Assembly: GCA_050084985.1 (NCBI GenBank)
Contig: JBITNC010000001.1
Span: 202,740,001-202,804,000, forward strand
Length of the DNA: 64,000 bases
Direction of reading: 5' to 3'
DNA from: Nageia nagi
Taxonomy: Eukaryota; Plantae; Pinophyta
The position numbers were made by a program, and so were the translations under genes. The notes below the pieces were generated by a model. It made no database searches and was not told the DNA's origin. It saw only the letters and a list, made by a program, of their open reading frames with translations. How positions within the stretch are numbered: the stretch's first letter is position 1; each line of letters opens with the position of its first letter. Positions 1-8,763 of the stretch are shown one piece after another.

Positions 1-1506
1 GCGAAGATAGAGCTCCTTCAGGTACACTGCGTAAACGGAAGAGGGTGGACGTCCGTGAAGAATTTCTTCAAAAATGGAAGAAATATCCTGAATGAGTTGT
101 TGTGGGATGGCTGGTATCTGAGGACGAGACTGAAGCTCTGCAATTTTGTCATGTGCTTCATCATGGCGAGTCTTCAAATTCTGGAATTCATGGACCAATA
201 TCCCGTGGGTTGCTTGCAAATCTGAGTAGGCCTGTTGTTCCTGTGCCAACTGATGCTGCAGACTTATAACATCCGCTTCAAGCTGGCTAGAGCGGGAATT
301 CGCTGCTTGTACTGCAGCCAGTAAATCATTGTTGGCATACACCCGTTCTTTGAGAGCCAGGTGTTCGGAGGAAATGTGCCTGATCATGCTATGAAGACTC
401 TGGATAGACAAGTGGGTGTTCTTCAGTTTTGCATTTTCTGCTATCAATTCACGGCACATAAGCACCATGTCATCCTTCTGCATCCGGAGTTGAGTCTTGT
501 CCTGCTCCAGTCGGGAAGTGGTATCTTCAAGCTCCTGTATACGAGCTAATAAAATAGCAGGGGATTCATTTGGCGCGCTGGATGTGCTGGGTAAATTAAA
601 AGAGGAACCGCCGCATTCTGGCAGTTCAAACGCAACATCTTCAGTAAAGTCTAGGCGCTGAGCAGACTGCAGACGGGCGGGTGATGAGATGGCAGCCGAT
701 GGAGCAACTCGCGGATGTTTGGTAGGTGATTCCGCCGGCAGTTCCGCATGGGATTCAGCAAGGGAGTGGCCTGGCGCATTAACCGCAGCGGATGAAGCAC
801 CTCCTAACTGATACAAGCTACTTTGAGGTAAACCGATAAAGTCTGGTCCTAGAAATGTTCTCCATGCCGCTTCTCCTCCATGTCTATAAAAATGCTCTCT
901 GCAGAGCAAAGTAATCAGGCCATGATGCTTTAATGGAGCAGTCTGCCCCGTTTCCCGCCACTTGGTGGCCATAGATAAAAGGCTATCATACAGGAATTGA
1001 GGAATATTATAAGTATAATCTCCCGGATGGCGAAGCTGGACCAAGAGCCGCAATTGATGACCCTGTAGTTGTGCATACTGTCCTTCGCAGAAGAAGTATT
1101 TAAGCACCCAAATAGCAACTTCATTCCATGGTGAAGGTAAGGTGACTCGATAAATACCTCTGTCTCGACCTTTGCTGCGTATTTTTGTGGCTCGAGGTTC
1201 AGCTAGAACATGGAAAGCATCCAGGACATCGTCAGGAGATTCCTTTCCTGCGACCAACACTTCCCCTTCCGCTGGAATTCCTGATATCGTGCTTATTACC
1301 ATGGGCGAGATAGGAATTGTATGGCCACGAATGGTGACTGAATCGCTAGCAAACTGTGTAGCGAATTCCTTAACCAACCAAGGCTCGTGGCCTTGAAACA
1401 AACGGAAAAACTGCAACCATCGTGCATTCTGAAATATGTCCGTTACTGCTTGATTTTGCACTAGTTCTGCAATGGAACTGGGTTCTTCCCGCCGCTTCGG
1501 ACCCAT
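1..1506 (-). CDS. Third (env-like position) ORF of the Athila-like element, at least 502 aa, open to the window edge; Athila ORF/plant-transposon-protein-like N-terminal domain, Ser/Pro/Ala linker, C-terminal coiled coil
   Basis: Hand translation from ATG at 1506 has no stop to base 1: MGPKRREEPSSIAELVQNQAVTDIFQNARWLQFFRLFQGHEPWLVKEFATQF...VTIRGHTIPISPMVISTISGIP...YNIPQFLYDSL...LKHHGLITLLC...LARIQELEDTTSRLEQDKTQL...; LVxEF, VxIRGxxI and LITLLC motifs resemble Athila-associated ORFs. Confidence 0.85.
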   Translation of the reverse strand, partial: MGPKRREEPSSIAELVQNQAVTDIFQNARWLQFFRLFQGHEPWLVKEFATQFASDSVTIRGHTIPISPMVISTISGIPAEGEVLVAGKESPDDVLDAFHVLAEPRATKIRSKGRDRGIYRVTLPSPWNEVAIWVLKYFFCEGQYAQLQGHQLRLLVQLRHPGDYTYNIPQFLYDSLLSMATKWRETGQTAPLKHHGLITLLCREHFYRHGGEAAWRTFLGPDFIGLPQSSLYQLGGASSAAVNAPGHSLAESHAELPAESPTKHPRVAPSAAISSPARLQSAQRLDFTEDVAFELPECGGSSFNLPSTSSAPNESPAILLARIQELEDTTSRLEQDKTQLRMQKDDMVLMCRELIAENAKLKNTHLSIQSLHSMIRHISSEHLALKERVYANNDLLAAVQAANSRSSQLEADVISLQHQLAQEQQAYSDLQATHGILVHEFQNLKTRHDEAHDKIAELQSRPQIPAIPQQLIQDISSIFEEILHGRPPSSVYAVYLKELYLR

Positions 1507-2246
1507 GACACCTGTTGATCTGCTGGTATTGTTCGGCTCTTTGGAGTTACAGGAGTTCGAAAGGTGGCCGGGAATGCTGGTTGACGGTTTTTTTTTTTTT
1601 TTTTGGACACAACTGATAAATTTAAACATGCAAACTATTAATTGCCTAACTATGATTAAAATAACATACCACTTAATGCGATATCTGGCGGATGTGACAG
1701 GTACGGATACACATGTGAAAGTGACTAAGCCGGATATGCTGAGATCACGCCTTGAAGAAAGCGCATGGAATCGAACGCCGTCGTCTGCTGCCATAGTGAA
1801 CGCGATGTATTCTGGCTGACACGTGACGCATCAAGTGAAGTTTGGCACGTGATAGATAGACTTGAAGTGCCTTGGATGAATAATCACGAATTAAGGAGTA
1901 CAACTATCTTCCAACTAATCCGGCGCGGTCATTGAACGGCACAAGACACATGTGGGGTCATATCTACCCATGCTGCTGCCACGTATGATGTAGGTGTCTC
2001 AGTTATTGTTACCAATGCTGGAAAATCGCGCCATCTAGGAAATAGGAATGGAAAGTCAATCCAAGATCCTATCTGGCGCGTTACACAAAAGGTAAGGCGA
2101 GAAAAGCTGGCAACTCCTAAATACGTCTGGAGAAACGCAATCCGGAGCCACAGTTTCGCCACACATGCAGAATCCACGTACTTCGTGAGGCTTTATCAAC
2201 CTTAGTGGAACAGAAGTCCTGCAGATGACCACTTTTATATTATTAT

Positions 2247-2280
<34 letters not shown>

Positions 2281-2392
2281 TCTGTGTTTCCAATGTCAGT
2301 GGTTTTCACCCAATAAGCGCCAGTCATCCTGGTTTTCACTTACTGACTGCCACGTTCACTGAAATCACTTATTCATAGGACTGATCAAGAAT

Positions 2393-5300
2393 TTATTTAA
2401 CTATACCCGAGGAAGAAGAGGCTTCCTCGGATACACCAGGGTCTACTACCCGTATCTGCTGTGTGAATTGCTCCTTCGTTGTTGGTATCAAATATGGTCG
2501 GAGGCGATGTCCATTAACCAGGAGAATCCTTCGAGAGTCGTCGATTGGCTGTAACTGGACTGAACCATTAGGGAATATTTGAAGAATCTTATATGGCCCC
2601 AACCATCGTGTTTGAAGTTTCCCTATAAAATCATTATAGCGGGAGTCAAATAACAAGGCCCATTGTCCTACTTGAAATTGGTTCTGTTTCAAATTTTTAT
2701 CATGCCAAAGCTTTCGCTGGTGTTGAATAATTTCTGTATTATGCAAGGCCTCCATTCTTATCTCATCCAGCTCATTTAGCTGCAGCAGTCTATTTTTCTG
2801 TACTTCTGTTATGTCCAATTCAACCTCTAAGGCCATTCTCAGGGTCTGGAGCTCAAATTCAATGGGTAATAGAGGCTTCTTACCAAAGACTAATTCATAT
2901 GGAGTAAATCCAGTAGTGGATTTCCACATGGTATTGTATGCCCAAACTGCTTCAGGAAGCCTGGGTACCCAATCTCTTCTGTGTGAAGCTACAGTCTTGG
3001 TCAATATATTTTCCAGCTCTCTGTTAGTAACTTCAACTTGTCCATTTGTCTGTGGATGATAGGGTGAAGCCTTCTTGTGTCGGATCTGGTATTGGTTCAC
3101 AAAATGTTGTATTGTCTTTGACATGAACTGTGGACCTTGATCAGAAACCAGAAATCGAGGGGCTCCAAATCTCTGCATAATGTTGTTATACAGAAAATCT
3201 GCCACAAATTCTTCTTTGGCATGTGCCAAAGCTACTACTTCTACCCACTTAGTGGCATAATCAGTACAGACCAGTATATGTTTCTTACCTTGAGATGGAG
3301 GATTAATAGGCCCAACAAAGTCGATGCCCCATTGCTCGAATGGTTCAAGCATCCATTGCGGCTGTAATGGCATCTGAGTAGTACCAGTTGGTCTACCCAT
3401 CCGTTGACATTGATCACATTGCCTCACATATTTCCTAATATCTTTGTGCATTGAAGGCCAAAAATAACCAGCTCCTAGGACTTTGTGAATGGTCCGTTTG
3501 TCAGAATAGTGTCCTCCTGAAGGTTCATCATGACATGCACGGATGACATCAAATACTTCATCAGTACGTAAACACCTTCGGAGTGCACAATCAGGTCCAT
3601 ATTTAAACAGTAACCCATCCACCCATTTGTATGATGTACTCTGCTTTATCAGTTGTTTCTTCTGATTTGGAGACAGATATGGAGGAATTCTTCCAGTGGC
3701 AAGATAATTAGCAATGTCTGCAAACCATGGAGATTGGGTAGAGATTACAAATAGTTGTTCATCTGGAAAAGTGTCCTCCACAAGCTCATCTTCTCGGATG
3801 ATGTTTAGTCTAGACAAGAAATCTGCTACTACATTTGCCTTGCCAGGTTTATCAATTATAGTCACATTAAATTCCTGTAGTAGCAGCAACCATCTCACAA
3901 CTCTTCCACTTACCACAGGTTTGTTCATGAGATATTTAATGGCAGCATGGTCAGTATGAACAAACACTTGGTATCCTGTGATATAGTGTCTGAATTTATT
4001 GATGGCATACACTACTGCTAGGAATTCTTTCTCTGTAGTGGTATAATTTCTTTCAGCTCCTACCAAGTTTTTGCTTATGTAATAAATAGCATATGGGGAC
4101 TTACTTGGTTCTTCTTGTCCTAGGACTGCTCCAATAGCATAATTTGAGGCATCCGTATGAATGTGGAATGGAAGTTCCCAATTTGGACCTCTCAACACAG
4201 GAGTTGTGGTGAGTTTTTCTTTGATGGTTTGAAAAGCTTCTTCACAGTCAGCCGTCCATTCAAATTCATTGTCCTTATGCAGCAAGGCAAATAATGGGGC
4301 TGCTATTTTACTGAAATTTTCTATAAATCTTCTGTAGTATCCAGCATGTCCCAAAAAGCTTCGGACATCTGTTTGAGTCTCAGGTTGAGGAAGTTGCTTA
4401 ATGACTTCTATCTTCTTGGGATCCACCTGAATCCCTTGGGCTGAAATATGATGACCCAAAACTATTCCCTCCTGTACAAGCATAAAACATTTTTCATGGC
4501 TTAAGGATAGATTATGCATTTTGCATCTTACCAAGACTTTTTCTAAGTTCCTTAATGCATCTTCAAAAGTGTTGCCATACACCGTGAAGTCATCCATGTA
4601 CACTTCAACGCAATCATTAGTCAAATCTGAAAAGATTGCTAGTACAGCTCTTTGGAAAGTTGCTGGTGCATTACACAAGCCAAATGGAAGAACTTTGTAA
4701 GCATATGTACCCCATGCACAAGTAAATGTGGTCTTGCCCTGATCTTCTTCTGCAATTTGTATTTGGTTATAACCACTAAATCCATCTAGGAAAGAGAAAT
4801 ACTGCTTACCAGACAAAGTGTCTAACACTTGATCAATAAAAGGCAATGGAAAGTGGTCTTTGAATGTAGCTTTATTGAGGGCTCTGTAGTCAACACATAC
4901 CCTCCACTTGCCGTTTTTCTTAGGTACTATCACCAATGGTGAGACCCACTGACTATCTGAGATAGGATAGATGAATTCTGCTTTCAATAGCTTCTCAATT
5001 TCAGTCTTAACAACTTCTTTCAGTGCAGGATTTATTCGTCTGGGAGGCTGTTGGACAGGTCTGGTTTCATCCGTATATATATGATGGGTACAAATATCTG
5101 GATGAATTCCTTTCATGTCTGAATAATCCCAGGCAAAAGCCTCAGTATGGGCTATTAGGACGTCAAAAAGCTTCTTCTCTTGTTCATCTGTCAACCAACT
5201 GTTGATATTAAGAGTTTTTCCTGGTAATACTTCAACAGTCTTAATCCCAGGTTTGGTCAGGTTACTTTGTTCTGGAAGTTGAACCAGGGAATTCAAAGGA

Positions 5301-5500
5301 CAAGAGTGTGGAAATAAAGAATGAAATACTCTTGTGCTTTCCCTGAACAAATCCCCTTTTGGAACAATGTGAGTAAGGGGGCATTTGAACATTGCCAAAA
5401 CGGCTGCTTGTTCTTCTGAAGGAACATCAAAAATAATGCTTTGTAATGGTTCGATCCCTTTATCTCCCTTCTCTTCATCACTGTCTTCTGATTCTTCATC
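2393..5500 (-). CDS. pol: Pol (reverse transcriptase - RNase H - integrase) of the Athila-like element
   Basis: ORF 2393-5398 plus 34 open in-frame codons back to 5500; RT YMDD, RNase H TDAS...TDH, integrase HHCC, core WGIDFVGP...SDQG...YHPQTNGQVE, GPY motif RWLGPY. Confidence 0.95.
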   Translation of the reverse strand, partial: DEESEDSDEEKGDKGIEPLQSIIFDVPSEEQAAVLAMFKCPLTHIVPKGDLFRESTRVFHSLFPHSCPLNSLVQLPEQSNLTKPGIKTVEVLPGKTLNINSWLTDEQEKKLFDVLIAHTEAFAWDYSDMKGIHPDICTHHIYTDETRPVQQPPRRINPALKEVVKTEIEKLLKAEFIYPISDSQWVSPLVIVPKKNGKWRVCVDYRALNKATFKDHFPLPFIDQVLDTLSGKQYFSFLDGFSGYNQIQIAEEDQGKTTFTCAWGTYAYKVLPFGLCNAPATFQRAVLAIFSDLTNDCVEVYMDDFTVYGNTFEDALRNLEKVLVRCKMHNLSLSHEKCFMLVQEGIVLGHHISAQGIQVDPKKIEVIKQLPQPETQTDVRSFLGHAGYYRRFIENFSKIAAPLFALLHKDNEFEWTADCEEAFQTIKEKLTTTPVLRGPNWELPFHIHTDASNYAIGAVLGQEEPSKSPYAIYYISKNLVGAERNYTTTEKEFLAVVYAINKFRHYITGYQVFVHTDHAAIKYLMNKPVVSGRVVRWLLLLQEFNVTIIDKPGKANVVADFLSRLNIIREDELVEDTFPDEQLFVISTQSPWFADIANYLATGRIPPYLSPNQKKQLIKQSTSYKWVDGLLFKYGPDCALRRCLRTDEVFDVIRACHDEPSGGHYSDKRTIHKVLGAGYFWPSMHKDIRKYVRQCDQCQRMGRPTGTTQMPLQPQWMLEPFEQWGIDFVGPINPPSQGKKHILVCTDYATKWVEVVALAHAKEEFVADFLYNNIMQRFGAPRFLVSDQGPQFMSKTIQHFVNQYQIRHKKASPYHPQTNGQVEVTNRELENILTKTVASHRRDWVPRLPEAVWAYNTMWKSTTGFTPYELVFGKKPLLPIEFELQTLRMALEVELDITEVQKNRLLQLNELDEIRMEALHNTEIIQHQRKLWHDKNLKQNQFQVGQWALLFDSRYNDFIGKLQTRWLGPYKILQIFPNGSVQLQPIDDSRRILLVNGHRLRPYLIPTTKEQFTQQIRVVDPGVSEEASSSSGIVK

Positions 5501-8500
5501 CTATGGCTCCAGACAGTGGTACTGTATCTGTTCCAGACTAGGATCTTCTTCGATTTCCTCAACATGGTCCTTGATGGTAATAGTTGCTAGTGTTGCAAAA
5601 GTGTCTTGTGCATCCATATCAGGCTCATCAATCCATATCTGATTGTGATATTCCAATGTTGGTTGGGCAGGTGGGTACAAAGAAAGTGTCTTTGTATTTA
5701 GACCATTAGAAATGGTCATATCTCCAGACCTACAGTTGATGTATGCAGCTGCAGTGGCTAACCATGGTCTACCCAAGATGACTGGATATCCAGAAGGTTG
5801 TGCTCTTGTTTTTAAAAGCAGGAAGTCCACTGGATAGCTCCAGGAATCTACTGTAATTCGGACATCTTCTATAATTCCCTCTGGCTTAGCTACTGTTCGA
5901 TCTGCCATCTGTAACATAGTTGAGGTGGGCTGTATATTTGTCAGAAATAATTTCTGAGACATGTCCAAAGTCATGATATTTATTGCTGCTCCCAGATCAA
6001 CTAACACGTTGGGCACTTTAGTGACTCCTATAGAAATGGTAATAACAGGGTTACCTGGATCCCCATACTTAGGAATGACCAAATTTCCGGCTAAAAGGTC
6101 AGCTATTTTACCATCTACTTTAATAGTCTTTGGATAGACTTTCTTCCTTCTTCCTCCCTTTCGGATGCATAATTCTTTAACTAGCTTGTTTAGCTCAGGA
6201 ACTTGTTTAATTGCTTGCAATATAGGTATAGAAATATTCAATTTCCTTATCTCTTGCAGCAGTTCTGATTCAATTTCTTGTGGTTTTCCAATCAGTCTCT
6301 CTGGATATGGACTGGCTGTTGTCTGGAGCTCCTTATTATATGCAGGTGGAACTGTTTCTGTTGGTAGCTCCTGACTATCCTCCACTTGTTCTTCTAGAGA
6401 TTCGTCTGAGCTGTTTGCCTCTACTTCTACGATAACAGGAGGTGCAGGATCCGGCAATTTCTTACCAGATCGAAGTTCAATTTCATTACATTGGATAGCA
6501 TTCACTGATGTGACGTCTTCTTGATCAATTTGATAGGCAGGCGCTGGAGCTTGCCTGTTATTATTTGGGTTGGGAACAGGTTGGGCTGGAAGAGCAGGTT
6601 GCTTTGGAGGGTGTTGCTGCTGATTCATTTGTTGTTGCTGATTAATTTGTTGTTGCTGATTAATGGGTGGTGGCAACAAACCTTGCCTTCGCTGTCCTTG
6701 ATTATTCCAGTTCTGCCGATTTTGTCCTCCATATTGCTGCCATTGTGGATTCCATTGTGGAGGCTCCCATCCATAAGGTTGCCAATCCTGATTTGCCATC
6801 CATGGGGAATTGTGTGGCATATTCCACCAATTCTGATTTGTTGGCCTAGAAAAATAGGGATTTGGGTTCCCTTGAAAATTGTTATTTCCCCTAGGCCCCA
6901 TTGCTCCCATATAATTCATGTTCATGTTTGGGGCTGCTACAGACATTTGTGCTATCGTTAGATAGTCACAATCATCTGTTGGATGGTCATTATTGCACAG
7001 GCTGCATATATGGGTGGTGTTCAAAGGACATTCATGCAAAGCATGTTTCTTCCGGCATCTAGGACAGTATCTTGATGAGAATTCATCTGTGGTTTCCTTC
7101 TTCGAATTTGTGCTTTGGAAAGAATCCTGCATTTCTTTCAACTTGTTTGCTGTCCCCTTCAGTTGACTCAGTTCAAACAGAACATCAGTCCTGAAGTTAG
7201 CAAATTCTTCTTTGATTTCACTTGCCAATCCAGTCTCCATTCGACCATCATTCTGAAACCTGTCGCTTCTCTTCTGTGATCTGGTCCTTGAATAGTTTCT
7301 GCAGAGTTCCACAATTTCATCAAGAGTTAGCTTATTGATATTACCTTTTCCCATCAGATTGAGGACTTCCAATGTGGAATCCAGAAGCCCTCTTAAAAAG
7401 ATGGTCTTGGAGAATTCTGGATCCATGGTTGTACCCACTCTTTTCTGAACAAATAGGAATCTGTCAAGGTAATCTTCAAGGCTCTCTGAGGTTGCCTGTG
7501 TGAGCCGAAACAATTCATCCTTCCTATCTTTAACTCGACAATACTCTTGATATTTTTCTAAGAAGGCTCTTTCCATTTCTTGCCAAGTAGAGATAGAATC
7601 TGGAGGTAGTCCCATGAACCACCTCATTGCATTGTCCTTCAGAGTGGATGGAAAGAGTTTTAATTTCTGTTCATCCATTTCATAGTCATAAGTTTTGCAC
7701 AATATTTTGAACTCAAACAAGAACTGATCTGGATCTTCACTAGAAAGACCTCTGAAAATAGGTAAGACTGATGGTGAAATATTTTTCATAGGAGCCTGAG
7801 TTCCGACAGCAAGCCGAATGGGATAAGTGAAAGTTTGGGTTGGCATTTGAGGAGGAATACCCCCTACTCCAGAACCACCACTTCCGCCAGACATATTGAC
7901 CAGCGGATTGATATATATACTCCAACTGTGATCCAACTCTGGTATACTACCTTTGCAGTAGTGAATAGGGAAGGGTTCCTTGGCTGCCTCCTTCTCAGCT
8001 TCAGAATCACTTTCACTAGAAAAAGGTTGACTAATGGATAATGGTGACGGTTTATCAAAGGAATGGATGAATGGATGAGATGTTGGGGTCGGAGTGACTG
8101 TATCCGGAGCAGTCTCAACCAAATTTGGCTGAAGAGTTAATTCTGCAAACCGTACAGGTGCTAAAGGAGATGTATCTGTAAATCTCCTATATTGTTTAGG
8201 TGGATCTGTAAATCTCAGAAATGGTGGTAAGGATGGACTAATGAAAGGTGTTTCTTCTGCAATTTCTGGATGTGCACGTTCTGGACTGTGAGCTGACTCC
8301 TCTTCTGCACGTGTTGGCTCAATTTCTTCCACAGGTCTAGGCTTTGGCCTAGTTTCTTCTGGTTGCTCCACCTGATGTTCTTCAACAACTATACTGCTTC
8401 CTTGTTCTTCCACAACCTTTCCTGAACTCAACTTTTTATTTTTGGGGGGTTTTTGTTGTGTTTTCTGGACTGATTTTCCTACAGCGATTTTCTTACTACC

Positions 8501-8551
8501 TTCCTCTTTACTACTGACAAATCTACCTTTGTCATCTCTTAATCTACTCAT
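5501..8551 (-). CDS. gag: Gag-aspartic protease polyprotein of the Athila-like element
   Basis: 1016 aa; capsid motif LPIFRG...EDPDQFLFEF...KLKLFPSTLKDNAMRWF; two Cys/His knuckles; Q/N-rich linker; protease VLVDLGAAINIM...ILGRPWL. Confidence 0.93.
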   Translation of the reverse strand: MSRLRDDKGRFVSSKEEGSKKIAVGKSVQKTQQKPPKNKKLSSGKVVEEQGSSIVVEEHQVEQPEETRPKPRPVEEIEPTRAEEESAHSPERAHPEIAEETPFISPSLPPFLRFTDPPKQYRRFTDTSPLAPVRFAELTLQPNLVETAPDTVTPTPTSHPFIHSFDKPSPLSISQPFSSESDSEAEKEAAKEPFPIHYCKGSIPELDHSWSIYINPLVNMSGGSGGSGVGGIPPQMPTQTFTYPIRLAVGTQAPMKNISPSVLPIFRGLSSEDPDQFLFEFKILCKTYDYEMDEQKLKLFPSTLKDNAMRWFMGLPPDSISTWQEMERAFLEKYQEYCRVKDRKDELFRLTQATSESLEDYLDRFLFVQKRVGTTMDPEFSKTIFLRGLLDSTLEVLNLMGKGNINKLTLDEIVELCRNYSRTRSQKRSDRFQNDGRMETGLASEIKEEFANFRTDVLFELSQLKGTANKLKEMQDSFQSTNSKKETTDEFSSRYCPRCRKKHALHECPLNTTHICSLCNNDHPTDDCDYLTIAQMSVAAPNMNMNYMGAMGPRGNNNFQGNPNPYFSRPTNQNWWNMPHNSPWMANQDWQPYGWEPPQWNPQWQQYGGQNRQNWNNQGQRRQGLLPPPINQQQQINQQQQMNQQQHPPKQPALPAQPVPNPNNNRQAPAPAYQIDQEDVTSVNAIQCNEIELRSGKKLPDPAPPVIVEVEANSSDESLEEQVEDSQELPTETVPPAYNKELQTTASPYPERLIGKPQEIESELLQEIRKLNISIPILQAIKQVPELNKLVKELCIRKGGRRKKVYPKTIKVDGKIADLLAGNLVIPKYGDPGNPVITISIGVTKVPNVLVDLGAAINIMTLDMSQKLFLTNIQPTSTMLQMADRTVAKPEGIIEDVRITVDSWSYPVDFLLLKTRAQPSGYPVILGRPWLATAAAYINCRSGDMTISNGLNTKTLSLYPPAQPTLEYHNQIWIDEPDMDAQDTFATLATITIKDHVEEIEEDPSLEQIQYHCLEP

Positions 8552-8742
8552 ACATTCTCAAGCAAATAATCACACCAATCTATCACAACTTTCAACAACA
8601 GTTCTCTGCAGTTTCCTAATATAGGTTATTGGGGCCACTCATTCTGTGAAGAATTGAGGAACCAGGACGGCACCCGATTGCAAATTGGCTCTGTCAAGTC
8701 CCCTATCCTTAAGAATCACAGAGACAGTTCAATCTACACCGT

Positions 8743-8760
8743 TCCCCGGCAACGGCGCCA
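8743..8760 (-). promoter_or_regulatory. Primer binding site (tRNA-Asp type)
   Basis: Minus strand TGGCGCCGTTGCCGGGGA, 3 nt inside the LTR end; the PBS typical of Athila elements. Confidence 0.9.
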
Positions 8761-8763
8761 AAA

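Noticed and set aside
361-2177. Short ORF-track calls (361-549, 930-1124, 1172-1396, 1472-1819, 1929-2177)
   Set aside because: Antisense or off-frame shadows of ORF3 and its spacer; one crosses a poly-T run
1588-2278. Poly-T runs as tails of inserted retrocopies/SINEs
   Set aside because: No flanking TSD or recognisable SINE/LINE body seen; treated as part of the element spacer
8743-8760. tRNA-like sequence
   Set aside because: Only the 18-nt PBS complementary to a tRNA 3' end; no cloverleaf or tRNA gene
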